A stretch of DNA of 64,000 nucleotides, from the NCBI GenBank assembly GCA_944322695.1, contig CALUPQ010000028.1, positions 25,525-89,524 on the forward strand, read 5' to 3'. Below the pieces are notes generated by a model. It saw nothing but the letters and a program-made list of their open reading frames with translations. It was not told the origin of the DNA and ran no database searches. Of the stretch, positions 9,869 to 21,089 are shown piece after piece. Source of the stretch: an uncultured Mailhella sp. GTDB taxonomy: Bacteria; Desulfobacterota; Desulfovibrionia; Desulfovibrionales; Desulfovibrionaceae. Each line of letters begins with the position of its first letter. Position 1 is the first letter of the stretch. The position numbers and the translations under genes are program-made.

Positions 9869-11164
9869 ATGGACGAGGCCGCACCTCTTCCTTCCGGCCT
9901 GTCGGCGCTGAATGAAGACGAACGCCGGGAATACTGGGCGGCGCTTGCTCTGCGGCACATCCGCGGACTCGGCGTCAGAGCCGCCTGCACGCTTCTGAAG
10001 CATTTCGGCTCCGCCTATGAAGCCGTGATGAACGTTCCCCGCTGGCCGGAAGCCGGTGTGCCGGCACAGAAGGCGGAAGGGTATCTCAGCAACGCATGGA
10101 GGACCGCGGCAAGGCCGGAATGGGAATCCGCCCGCAGGCTGAAAGGCTCCGTCATTCTGTGGACGGACAGCCGTTACCCCGAGCTTCTCAGGGAACTTCC
10201 CGACGCTCCCGCCCTGCTTTATGCCGCAGGGGACGTTTCCCTGCTGAACTCGCCCTGCGTCGCCGTCATCGGCTCGCGGGGCGCATCATCCGCGGCGCTC
10301 GACTTCGCTTCCTCCATCGCTGAAGCGCTTTCCAGGGCGGGCATCACCGTGGTTTCCGGTCTGGCCTTCGGCGTGGACGGCTACGCCCACCGGGCCGCGC
10401 TTTCCGGCCCCGGCCGCACCATCGCCGTCATGGCCGGAGGCATGGACTTTGCCCAGCCCGCAAGACACGACAGCCTTTACCGGAGCGTGAAGGAAAAAGG
10501 TCTCGTCATCAGCGAAACGGCCCCCGGAACCATTCCCGGACCGGGTTCCTTTCCCATACGCAACCGCATCATGAGCGGTCTTTCCCTCGGCGTCCTGGTG
10601 GCGGAGGCCGGAAGCGTGCGCAGCGGCAGCCTCATCACCGCCAGGCTTGCCGCGGAACAGGGGAGAAACGTCTATGTGCCCTCGCCGGACGCCCTGCGCG
10701 CCCCGTACCGGGAAGGCACGAAAAAACTGCTGCTGGACGGCGCAAGACCCGTGTTTCAGGCCGGGGACATTCTGGCCGACCTTTTCCCGCACCTGAAAAG
10801 CACGCTGCAAAACGGGCCCAAACGCCGTCTTGAAGCACAGCCGCCCGCGCCCCGGGAATCTTCCGAAAACATTTACGAAGCTCCTCAGGAAACGGTTCCA
10901 GCCGCACAGCCGAAGACGGCTCCCGCTCCTCGTCCGGCAGGAACGCCCCCCGCGCGCTCCTTTGCATCGCCTCTTACCGAAGAGGAGGAGACCATCCTTG
11001 ACCTGCTCAGGCATGAACCGTTGTCTCCGGATGAGCTGCTTTATGCGGCGCAGGAAAGAAGCGGCACATGGACCAGCGCCTCGGTCAGCGCCGTGCTGAT
11101 GATTCTGGAAGTGAAAAAACTGGTGCGCCGCCTTTCCGATGCGCGCTACGAGGCCGTAGCATGA
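9869..11164 (+). CDS. dprA: DNA-processing protein DprA
   Basis: YPELLRELPDAPALLY, VAVIGSR, VVSGLAFGVDGYAH, FPIRNRIMSGLS, SGSLITA. Confidence 0.93.
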   Translation: MDEAAPLPSGLSALNEDERREYWAALALRHIRGLGVRAACTLLKHFGSAYEAVMNVPRWPEAGVPAQKAEGYLSNAWRTAARPEWESARRLKGSVILWTDSRYPELLRELPDAPALLYAAGDVSLLNSPCVAVIGSRGASSAALDFASSIAEALSRAGITVVSGLAFGVDGYAHRAALSGPGRTIAVMAGGMDFAQPARHDSLYRSVKEKGLVISETAPGTIPGPGSFPIRNRIMSGLSLGVLVAEAGSVRSGSLITARLAAEQGRNVYVPSPDALRAPYREGTKKLLLDGARPVFQAGDILADLFPHLKSTLQNGPKRRLEAQPPAPRESSENIYEAPQETVPAAQPKTAPAPRPAGTPPARSFASPLTEEEETILDLLRHEPLSPDELLYAAQERSGTWTSASVSAVLMILEVKKLVRRLSDARYEAVA

Positions 11165-12135
11165 ACCGCATTGCCGAAATCACCGCCTCTCTTCCCTCAG
11201 CCCCGGCCGCCTTTCTGGCCTGGCTCGAATTTCAGAAAGGAGCCTCCGAAGCCACGGTGGAGGCCTACGCTCTGGACATTCTGGAATTCGAAACCTACCT
11301 GCGCGGCATGGGAGCCACGCTGGAGCGCCCCTCCGAAATCACGCGGCAGATGGTGCAGGGCTTTTCCGCTTCGCTTTTCCGCAGCGGCATGGCCCGGTCG
11401 TCCATGGCGCGCAAACTGTCCGCCCTGCGCTCGCTGTTCCGGCACCTGCTGCGCCTGCACAAAATCGAGGCCGACCCCTGCGCCGGGGTGCGCAATCCCA
11501 AGCAGGACCAGCGCCACCCGGCCATGCTCAACGTGGACCAGACCTTTGCGCTTCTTGCCCCGGAACGGAAAGTCGGCAATATTTCCTCCGGGGAAACGTC
11601 CGCGGACGACATCTTCCTTTTGCGGGACATGGCGCTTCTGGAGCTGCTCTACGGCTCCGGCCTGCGCATTTCCGAGGCGCTGGGGCTGAACGTGGGCGAC
11701 CTTCGGCCGGAAAGCGGCCACGTCCGCGTCATGGGCAAAGGCAGCAAGGAGCGCGTGGTTCCCCTGAGCGACACCTGCATCGCCGCCCTTGCCCGCTACC
11801 TTGCCGTGCGCGCCGACATTCCCCCCGTCCATGGAGAGCGGGCCGTCTTTCTGGGTCGCAGAGGAAAGCGGCTGGACCGGCGGCAGGCCGCCCGCATTCT
11901 GGAGGAAAGGGCGCAGGAGGCCGGCATTCCCCAGCACGTTTCTCCGCACGATTTGCGCCACTCCTTTGCCACCCACCTTCTGGAAGGCGGGGCGGACCTT
12001 CGCGCCGTGCAGGAGCTGCTCGGCCACAGCCGCATTTCCACCACGCAGCGCTACACGCACCTCAACCTCGACGCCCTTTCCCGCATTTACGACAGCGCCC
12101 ATCCCCTGGCCGGCGCCGGGAAAAAGAAAGACTGA
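11161..12135 (+). CDS. xerC: Tyrosine recombinase XerC
   Basis: ARKLSALRS, RDMALLELLYGSGLRISE, VMGKGSKER, SPHDLRHSFATHLL..GADLRAVQELLGHSRISTTQRYT; overlaps dprA stop; housekeeping context. Confidence 0.85.
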   Translation: MNRIAEITASLPSAPAAFLAWLEFQKGASEATVEAYALDILEFETYLRGMGATLERPSEITRQMVQGFSASLFRSGMARSSMARKLSALRSLFRHLLRLHKIEADPCAGVRNPKQDQRHPAMLNVDQTFALLAPERKVGNISSGETSADDIFLLRDMALLELLYGSGLRISEALGLNVGDLRPESGHVRVMGKGSKERVVPLSDTCIAALARYLAVRADIPPVHGERAVFLGRRGKRLDRRQAARILEERAQEAGIPQHVSPHDLRHSFATHLLEGGADLRAVQELLGHSRISTTQRYTHLNLDALSRIYDSAHPLAGAGKKKD

Positions 12136-12230
12136 ACAGCCGCCGGGGAAGCGCCGGCATTTACCCGTTGCGCGCCAGGCCAAGAAAGGGTAAACTCTCT
12201 TGTCCTTTTCCTCTTCAGGGTGGTGCACGC

Positions 12231-13028
12231 ATGTCCGACCAACTCCTTCTTGCCGACATCGGCAATACCTGCATCAAGATTGTCTTTGCCCGCCCCGACG
12301 CTCTGGAGGCCGCCTATTCCCTGCCCACCAGAGCGCAGCACACGGCCGACAGTCTCGGTCTCTCACTCATGCAGCTTCTTTCCCTGAGAGGCATGACGGC
12401 ACAAGACGTTGCCGCCTGCGTGCTCTGCTCCGTCGTGCCCGACGTGAGCACGCTGTTCCAGGAAGCCTGCCGGAAATACCTCGGCAAAGCCGCCCTCACC
12501 TTTCCCGGCGACTTTTCCATAGACATGGTCAACGGCTACGACCAGCCGCAGGAAGTGGGCGCGGACAGACTTCTGGCCGCCTACGCGGCAAGAAAGCTCT
12601 TCCCCGAGCCGCCGTCCCTCATTTCCGTGGACTTCGGCACCGCCACCACCTTCGACTGCGTTTCCGGCAACACGTATCTCGGCGGTCTCATCTGTCCGGG
12701 ACTTTTCTCCTCGCGCAACGCTCTGGCCACCAATACGGCAAAACTGCCCCGCATCTCGCTGGAAATGACGGATGAACACGCCGCCATCGGCAAAAACACC
12801 ATCACCAGCATGAATCACGGCTTTCTCTTCGGCTTCGCCGCCATGACGGAAGGCCTCTGCGAACGCCTGAAACAACAGCTTCCCGGCCCCACGTTCGTGG
12901 TGGGAACGGGAGGCGCCGCGCATGACCTTTCCAGAATCTGCCGGGCCTTTGACATTGTCAGACCCGACCTTATTCTTGAAGGACTCCGCCTGCTCTGGGT
13001 CGGAGGCAAGACGCGCACTGCCCTTTAG
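12231..13028 (+). CDS. coaX: Type III pantothenate kinase
   Basis: LLADIGNT, VGADRL, VDFGTATTFD, GGLICPG, TAKLP, TGG. Confidence 0.93.
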   Translation: MSDQLLLADIGNTCIKIVFARPDALEAAYSLPTRAQHTADSLGLSLMQLLSLRGMTAQDVAACVLCSVVPDVSTLFQEACRKYLGKAALTFPGDFSIDMVNGYDQPQEVGADRLLAAYAARKLFPEPPSLISVDFGTATTFDCVSGNTYLGGLICPGLFSSRNALATNTAKLPRISLEMTDEHAAIGKNTITSMNHGFLFGFAAMTEGLCERLKQQLPGPTFVVGTGGAAHDLSRICRAFDIVRPDLILEGLRLLWVGGKTRTAL

Positions 13029-14399
<1,371 letters not shown>

Positions 14400-14407
14400 G
14401 AACCTCC

Positions 14408-14432
14408 GGCGGGAAGCGTCCTTCCCGCCTTT
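14408..14432 (+). terminator. Terminator-like hairpin after eno
   Basis: GGCGGGAAG-cgtc-CTTCCCGCC then short T-run. Confidence 0.5.
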
Positions 14433-14548
14433 CAGAGCAGGGCCGCCCCTCCCCCAGGAAGGGCGGCCGCTGCTTCCCTGCGCCGCAGGCAGGCCATTTC
14501 CGTCGCTCCTTTTTCGGAAAAGCCGGCCTTCGGCATGAGGAAATCATC

Positions 14549-15241
14549 ATGAGCAGACTGCTGCGTATTCTTTTCTGTGCCTTCCTCGCTCTCGGTCTTT
14601 TCGCCCAGAGCGCCTCTGCCGCCGACATTTCCGCCACGGTGAAAAAGATGCAGGCCGCCTATGCCGCCATGCAGAGCTTCCGAGCCGACTTCACGCAGGA
14701 ACTTCTGCAGAGGGAAACCGGCATGACGGAAAAGAGGCAGGGCGTCATCCTGTTCCAGAAGCCCCTTCGCGTCCGCTGGGAAACCGCCGCCCCCCATGCC
14801 GAGCTTCTCATGGTCACGGACGAGGAAATATGGAACTACCTGCCCGACGAGGAGCTGGCCTACCGCTACTCCCGCGCGCTGGCCGAAGATTCCCGCTCCC
14901 TCATTCAGGTCATCACCGGACAGAGCGCCCTTTCCCGCGATTTCGACGTGGAATCCGCCCAGTCCGAGGAGGACGGCAAACTCATCCATCTGCTGCTCTA
15001 CCCCAAGGAACCCACCACGGAGCTCACCGAGGCGCAGCTGTGGCTCGACCCGGACAGCGCCCTCATCCGTCGCGCCATGGTCATGGACTTCTACGGCAAC
15101 ACCAACACCATCGAGCTTGGCAACATCACGCCGAACGTTGCCGTGTCCGACAAGGACTTCCGCTTCACCCCGCCCGCCGGAACGGAAGTGGAGGACCATG
15201 TGGAAGCCAAACACCCCGCCTCGCGCCCCCTTCTGAACTAG
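14549..15241 (+). CDS. lolA: Outer-membrane lipoprotein carrier protein LolA
   Basis: Signal peptide; SFRADFTQ..G..FQKPLRVRWE..P..L.VTDEEIWNY; C-terminal FRFTPPAGTEV. Confidence 0.88.
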   Translation: MSRLLRILFCAFLALGLFAQSASAADISATVKKMQAAYAAMQSFRADFTQELLQRETGMTEKRQGVILFQKPLRVRWETAAPHAELLMVTDEEIWNYLPDEELAYRYSRALAEDSRSLIQVITGQSALSRDFDVESAQSEEDGKLIHLLLYPKEPTTELTEAQLWLDPDSALIRRAMVMDFYGNTNTIELGNITPNVAVSDKDFRFTPPAGTEVEDHVEAKHPASRPLLN

Positions 15242-15370
15242 TTCTGCCGTACAAGGGCAGTCGATATTTTCTGCAAAAACAAACTGTTGCAGCAGTCTCC
15301 GTCCGCTTTTCCAAGCCATTTCGGCGGGGGCTGGACTATCCTGACAATTAAAGGTACATAGACTCTTCGC

Positions 15371-16297
15371 ATGGAACAGCAGCACGGCATACTGGTACTC
15401 GACAAGCCCAAGGGGCTTTCCTCCGCGCAGTGCATTGCACGCGTCAAAAGGCTGGGGCAGAAGAAAATCGGCCATGCCGGCACCCTCGACCCCATGGCGA
15501 CGGGCGTGCTGCTCGTGCTGCTCGGCAACGCCACCAAACTTTCCGGCTATCTTCTGGAAGGCGGGGTGAAGACCTACGGCGGCACGCTGCGTCTCGGCGT
15601 CGCCACCGACACATGGGATGCCGAAGGTTCCATAGTGTCCGAAACGGCCCTCAGCGAAGACGACCTCGCCGAAGGCTCCGGGCTCGAACAGGCCGCACGC
15701 CGCGAAGTGGCGGCCTGGCTGGATGTGACGGAACAGCCCGTTCCGCCCTATTCCGCCGCAAAGCACCAGGGCCAGCCCCTGTACAAGCTGGCCAGGGCCG
15801 GCATGGAAGTGCCCGCCAAGGTGAAACGCATACATGTTTCGTACGCCGATGTTCAATGGGTGAACATGCCGGACGTGCGATTCCGGGTAACGTGCAGTTC
15901 CGGTTCCTACATACGGTCCCTGGCCCACAGCTTGGGGATTCGACTTGGGTGCGGAGCCATGCTCACGGAACTGACCCGGGAATACAGCCACCCGTTTGGC
16001 CTGGACGTCGCCCACACGCTGGACGAAGTCCTTGCCGAGCCTGAAAGGCTGCCGGAATGGGTCATGCCCATCAGCGCCGCCCTGCCGGGATGGAAGAACA
16101 TTTCCATCGGCAAAGCGCAGGAAGCGAACCTGATAAACGGCATTCCCGTTCCCCATCTGCCGGGCTTCGGAGATTTCCTCCCCGGCGAACGCGCCCTCAT
16201 ACTGGCGCAGGATGGCTCGCCTCTGGCTCTGGCAGAAGCCCGCATGGACAGGGAACGTCCTGTCTGGGCAGTGCTTCGGGGGCTTTTTACCCACTAA
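15371..16297 (+). CDS. truB: tRNA pseudouridine(55) synthase TruB
   Basis: GILVLDKPKG, KIGHAGTLDPMATGVL, QPVPPYSAAK..G.PLYKLAR, CSSGSYIRSL. Confidence 0.96.
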   Translation: MEQQHGILVLDKPKGLSSAQCIARVKRLGQKKIGHAGTLDPMATGVLLVLLGNATKLSGYLLEGGVKTYGGTLRLGVATDTWDAEGSIVSETALSEDDLAEGSGLEQAARREVAAWLDVTEQPVPPYSAAKHQGQPLYKLARAGMEVPAKVKRIHVSYADVQWVNMPDVRFRVTCSSGSYIRSLAHSLGIRLGCGAMLTELTREYSHPFGLDVAHTLDEVLAEPERLPEWVMPISAALPGWKNISIGKAQEANLINGIPVPHLPGFGDFLPGERALILAQDGSPLALAEARMDRERPVWAVLRGLFTH

Positions 16298-16330
16298 CCT
16301 CTGGCAGACGCCAGAGAGGAGGATACCGCT

Positions 16331-16600
16331 GTGGCTATGGATTCCGCTCAGAAGCAGGCCGTTATCGCCCAGTTCGCCAAGCACGAAGGCGACACCGGCT
16401 CCGCTGAAGTTCAGATTGCCCTTCTTACCGCCCGCATCAACGGCCTCGCCGGCCATTTCAAGGCCAACAAGAAGGACTTTCATTCCCGCACCGGCCTGCT
16501 CAAGCTGGTCGGCCAGCGTCGCAAGATGCTGAACTACCTGAAGAAGACCGACATTCAGAGCTATCGTGCCCTGATTGAAAAGCTCGGCCTGCGCAAGTAG
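16331..16600 (+). CDS. rpsO: 30S ribosomal protein S15
   Basis: [19 protein letters not shown]...[23 protein letters not shown]; 89 aa; GGAGG RBS. Confidence 0.98.
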   Translation: MAMDSAQKQAVIAQFAKHEGDTGSAEVQIALLTARINGLAGHFKANKKDFHSRTGLLKLVGQRRKMLNYLKKTDIQSYRALIEKLGLRK

Positions 16601-16764
16601 TCGCGACCAAGGTCTGAAAGCAAGGGGGAGCGGGAGCAATTCCGCTCCCCCATCATGCATGGATGGGGCTCTGGCCCCCAACCTCAACGCGAGGAAGGAG
16701 CATCCGCGAACAGAGGCGAAAATTTCGTCTTTCTTCACGGAGTCTCCTTCCAGGAGTAACCACT

Positions 16765-19011
16765 ATGGGTCTGCTCAACAGCACTCGTGTTTCCGCCACC
16801 GTGGGCGGAAAGGAAATCATTCTGGAAACGGGCCGCGTGGCCCGTCAGGCCAACGGCGCCATCTGGGTTCAGTGCGGCGGCACCGTGGCTCTCGTCACCG
16901 TCTGCGAAGCCCAGCTCGAAACCCCGAAGGACTTCTTCCCCCTCACCGTGGAATACGCCGAACGCATGTACGCCGCCGGCCGCATTCCCGGCAACTTCTT
17001 CCGCCGTGAAATCGGCCGTCCCAGCGACCATGAAACCCTCGTGGCCCGTCTCATCGACCGCCCCATCCGTCCGCTCTTCCCCAAGGGCTACGGCAATGAG
17101 GTGCAGGTGCTCGCCACCGTCATTTCCGCCGACGGCGAAAACGACCCCGACGTGCTCTGCATCACCGCGGCTTCCGCGGCCACCTGCATTTCCAGCATTC
17201 CCTTCGCCGGTCCTGTGGCGGGCGCCCGCCTCGGCCGCGTGGACGGTCAGTTCGTGCTGAACCCCACCAACGACGAACTCAAGCGCTCCGACATGGACAT
17301 CGTGCTCGCCGCTTCCCGCGACGCCGTGGTCATGGTGGAAGGCGAAGCCAAGCTCGTCAAGGAACAGGACCTCATCGACGGCCTGAACTGGGCCCACAAG
17401 GCCATCCAGCCCCTCATCGACGCTCAGGAAGAGCTGGTGAAGCTCGTCGGCAAGACCAAGACCGAATTCACGCCCAAGGAAGACGACCCCGAACTCTTCG
17501 CCTATGTGGAAGAGCTGGCCATCAAGTCCGGCATGGAAGACGCGCTCCGCACCACCGACAAGCTGCAGAGAAAGGACGCCCGCAAGGCCGTCAAGGACAA
17601 GGTGAAGGCCCTCATGGCCACCGACGAGCGCTATGCCGAGGACCCCGTCGCCCAGGCCGCCATCGGCGACGTGCTGGAACACCTGGAAAAGAAGCTCGTG
17701 CGTCAGAGAGTCATCACCGAAGGCACCCGCATCGACAACCGCGACACGAAGACCGTGCGTCCCATCGAAATCGAGACCTCGGTTCTGCCCCGTGCCCACG
17801 GCTCCGTCATCTTCGCCCGCGGCGAAACCAAGACCATTGCCGTCACCACCCTCGGCAGCTCTTCCGACGAACAGAAGGTCGATACCCTGAACGGCGATGA
17901 AAGCAAGCGCTTCATGCTGCACTACAACTTCCCGCCCTTCACCGTGGGCGAAGTGAAGTCCGTGCGCGTGTCCCGCCGCGAAATCGGTCACGGCCACCTG
18001 GCCGAACGCGCCCTCAAGGCCGTGCTGCCCTCCGCCGAGAGCTTCCCCTACACCATCCGCGTGGTGTCCGACACGGTGGAATCCAACGGTTCGTCCTCCA
18101 TGGCCGCCGTGTGCGGCGGCTGCCTCTCCCTCATGGACGCGGGCGTGCCCATCAGCGCTCCCGTGGCCGGCGTGGCCATGGGCCTCATCAAGGACGGCGA
18201 CACCTACACCGTGCTTACCGACATTCTCGGTGACGAAGACGCCCTCGGCGACATGGACTTCAAGATTGCCGGTACCGCCGAAGGCATCAGCGCCATCCAG
18301 ATGGACATCAAAATCAACGGTCTTCCCACCGAAGTCATGGCCCGTGCCATGGAACAGGCCCGCGTGGCCCGTCTGCACATTCTCGGTGTCATGGCCGAAG
18401 CCATGCCTGCCGTGCGTTCGCTCTCTCCCTATGCTCCCCAGCATGAGGAAGTGTTCGTGAATCCCGAAATCATCCGCATGATTATCGGTCCCGGAGGCAA
18501 GAACATCAAGGCCATCACTTCCGCCACCGGCGCCGCCATCGACATCGAGGATTCCGGCCGCATCACCATCTTCGCCCCCACCCAGCAGGCCATGCAGGCC
18601 GCCAAGGAAATGGTGCTCTACTACGACCAGCATGCCGAACTCGGCAAGAACTACAATGCCAAGGTCAAGCGCATCATGGACATCGGCGCCATCGTGGAAA
18701 TCCTGCCCAACCTCGAAGCTCTGGTGCACATCTCCCAGCTCGACACCAACCGCGTGGAAAAGACGGAAGACGTGGCTCACCTCGGCGAAGACATGATGGT
18801 CAAGGTCATCGAAATCAACGGCGACCGCATCCGCGCCAGCCGCAAGGCCGTGCTGCTCGAAGCCCAGGGCATCGAATGGAACCCCGAAGATACGGCCCGT
18901 CCCGCCCGCCGCGAGCGCAGCGACCGCGGTGACGGCGACCGCCGCAGCGAACGTCGCGGCGAACGCCGTGAACGCGGCGACCGTCCCCGCCGTGAACGCA
19001 GAGAAGACTAA
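16765..19011 (+). CDS. pnp: Polyribonucleotide nucleotidyltransferase
   Basis: DFFPLTVEY, GRIPG.FFRRE, RLIDRPIRP, HGS..F.RGET, ESNGSSSMA, DALGDMDFK, KH and S1 domains; follows rpsO. Confidence 0.98.
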   Translation: MGLLNSTRVSATVGGKEIILETGRVARQANGAIWVQCGGTVALVTVCEAQLETPKDFFPLTVEYAERMYAAGRIPGNFFRREIGRPSDHETLVARLIDRPIRPLFPKGYGNEVQVLATVISADGENDPDVLCITAASAATCISSIPFAGPVAGARLGRVDGQFVLNPTNDELKRSDMDIVLAASRDAVVMVEGEAKLVKEQDLIDGLNWAHKAIQPLIDAQEELVKLVGKTKTEFTPKEDDPELFAYVEELAIKSGMEDALRTTDKLQRKDARKAVKDKVKALMATDERYAEDPVAQAAIGDVLEHLEKKLVRQRVITEGTRIDNRDTKTVRPIEIETSVLPRAHGSVIFARGETKTIAVTTLGSSSDEQKVDTLNGDESKRFMLHYNFPPFTVGEVKSVRVSRREIGHGHLAERALKAVLPSAESFPYTIRVVSDTVESNGSSSMAAVCGGCLSLMDAGVPISAPVAGVAMGLIKDGDTYTVLTDILGDEDALGDMDFKIAGTAEGISAIQMDIKINGLPTEVMARAMEQARVARLHILGVMAEAMPAVRSLSPYAPQHEEVFVNPEIIRMIIGPGGKNIKAITSATGAAIDIEDSGRITIFAPTQQAMQAAKEMVLYYDQHAELGKNYNAKVKRIMDIGAIVEILPNLEALVHISQLDTNRVEKTEDVAHLGEDMMVKVIEINGDRIRASRKAVLLEAQGIEWNPEDTARPARRERSDRGDGDRRSERRGERRERGDRPRRERRED

Positions 19012-19049
19012 GAAGATACGGGGGAAATTCCCCCGCATCCCATAATTCG

Positions 19050-19085
19050 GAAGGCCGCCCTATGTATCGGGCGGCCTTCTTTTTT
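19050..19085 (+). terminator. Rho-independent terminator after pnp
   Basis: GAAGGCCGCCC-tatgtatc-GGGCGGCCTTC then T6. Confidence 0.8.
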
Positions 19086-19415
19086 CCTGTCTGCGCCAAG
19101 CTTCCCGCCTCTGCCGAAGCACTCTTCCGGCCAAACATCACGGCCATGCCCTCAAGAAACGATTATACGACATAAGACGGCGTCACCGGCATGAACGCCT
19201 GCCCCTCGGACCAGATTCCCTGGAGACGAAGGCCCATGCCCCTCATCAAAGGGCTTTTCCCGTCGGGCACGCGAAGCCTGTTTTTCAACGCCGTCGGCGC
19301 AATTTCCCGCCACGTTCCACAGCAGCGCGGACATGAAAAAGGCGCGCCCCCAGGGAAGCACGCCTTTCGAAGTTTTTCAGGCATCCGCCAAGATGGCGTT
19401 TCGGCCCGACGGCGT

Positions 19416-20873
19416 TCAGCCCAGCCGTTCTTCTATTTTCTTCTGCAGCTCCTTGTCCTCACCGGGCTGAAGCATGCGTTCCGGGCTCAGAACGTAGTTA
19501 ATCTCCTCTTCGGTCATGTAGTTGTGCCGAATGACCAGATTATAGACCGATTCACCGCTGTTTAGGGCTTCACGGGCGATGCCCGAAGAACGTTCATAGC
19601 CGATGTAGGGGGCCAGCGCCGTGACGAGACCTATGGAGTTGCGCATGAGCGCGGCACAATGCTCCCTGTTGGCGGTAATGCCGTCCACGCACAAATCCCG
19701 CAGGATATGGCAGGCGTTGCCGAGATGCTTCAGGGAGGCGAAAAGCGTGTAGGCTATCACCGGTTCCATGGCGTTGAGTTCCAGCTGTCCGGCCTCGGCC
19801 GCCATGGAGATGGTCACGTCCTTGCCTATCACGTCGAAGCAGACCTGATTCACCACTTCGGGAATGACGGGATTCACCTTGCCCGGCATGATGGAGGAGC
19901 CGGGCTGACGAGGCGGAAGATTGATTTCGTTCAAGCCGCAGCAGGGGCCGGAGGACAGCAGGCGCAAATCGTTGCAGATTTTGGAGAGCTTCACCACGAA
20001 ACGCTTCAGCAGACCGGAAATCTGCACATAGGCGCAGCAGTCGGACGTGGCCTCCACCAGATTTTCCGCCAGAAAAAGCGGCAGACCGGAGATTTCCACA
20101 AGACGACGCGTCACCAGCGCGGCATAGCCCTCCGGCGTATTGATGCCGGTGCCTATGGCCGTGGCGCCCATGCTGATGTCGCACACCTGCTCGCGGCCTT
20201 CACCGATACGGCGGATGTCTTCACCTATGGTGGTGGACCAGGCGGAGAACTCCATGCCCAGCGTCATGGGCACGGCGTCCTGCATCTGGGTGCGGCCCAT
20301 CTTTATCACGTCCCGGAATTCCACGGCCTTGGCGGCAAAGCCCTGACGCAGGTACTCCATGTCGCCCATGAAGTCCGTCAGCGTCGTGTACAGAGCCAGT
20401 CGGATGGCCGTGGGATAGACGTCGTTTGTGGACTGGGAGCAGTTCACATGATTATTGGGATGGCAGTACTGATACTCGCCCTTCCTGTGCCCCATAAGCT
20501 CCAGGGCGATGTTGGCGATGACCTCGTTGGCGTTCATGTTGCACGAGGTTCCGGCCCCGCCCTGATAGACGTCCACGGGGAACTGGTCGTTGTATTCCCC
20601 GGCTATGACCTTGTCGCAGGCCCGGCAGATGTACCTGCCTATGTCTTCCGGCAGCACGCCGAGCTCCATGTTCGCCATGGCGGCGGCTTTCTTCACATAG
20701 CCCAGCGCCTGGATGAAGCGGGGCATGGACGAGATGGTCGTGCCCGAAATACGGAAATTTTCCAGCGCCCGGCTGGTCTGTATGCCGTAGTACACGTCGG
20801 CGGGGATGTCCAGTTCACCAAGAAAATCGTGTTCCCTTCGTGTCGTGCCCATGAGCCTGTCCTCGTGTTGCAT
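19416..20873 (-). CDS. aspA: Aspartate ammonia-lyase (aspartase)
   Basis: QGGAGTSCNMNANEV, HPNNHVNCSQSTNDVYPT, KMGRTQMQDAVP, GSSIMPGKVNPVIPE, AEAGQLELN. Confidence 0.92.
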   Translation of the reverse strand: MQHEDRLMGTTRREHDFLGELDIPADVYYGIQTSRALENFRISGTTISSMPRFIQALGYVKKAAAMANMELGVLPEDIGRYICRACDKVIAGEYNDQFPVDVYQGGAGTSCNMNANEVIANIALELMGHRKGEYQYCHPNNHVNCSQSTNDVYPTAIRLALYTTLTDFMGDMEYLRQGFAAKAVEFRDVIKMGRTQMQDAVPMTLGMEFSAWSTTIGEDIRRIGEGREQVCDISMGATAIGTGINTPEGYAALVTRRLVEISGLPLFLAENLVEATSDCCAYVQISGLLKRFVVKLSKICNDLRLLSSGPCCGLNEINLPPRQPGSSIMPGKVNPVIPEVVNQVCFDVIGKDVTISMAAEAGQLELNAMEPVIAYTLFASLKHLGNACHILRDLCVDGITANREHCAALMRNSIGLVTALAPYIGYERSSGIAREALNSGESVYNLVIRHNYMTEEEINYVLSPERMLQPGEDKELQKKIEERLG

Positions 20874-21089
20874 GCGTTTGGCCCGCCCCTTTTATGCCGA
20901 CATACGGACAAAGGGCCTCGGGCCTGAGTTTTGTCTCAACATACGCCATATATAAAAATATTCAACAGTTATGAAGACTATAAGCACTCTTTCCGCCGCT
21001 TTTCCCTCTCTTTGTTCAGACGCGGAGGCGGCCCCGGAGCCTGCCGATTCCGGGGAGGGGACCCGCCTCCGCATCAGTGGCAGAAGGCT

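Noticed and set aside
11161-12135. Tyrosine recombinase as a possible prophage or island integrase
   Set aside because: XerC-type motifs and size; coupled to dprA and flanked by core genes; no att repeats, tRNA or phage genes nearby.
18895-19011. Repetitive R/E/G/D-coding sequence at the pnp 3' end
   Set aside because: Ordinary low-complexity charged PNPase tail.
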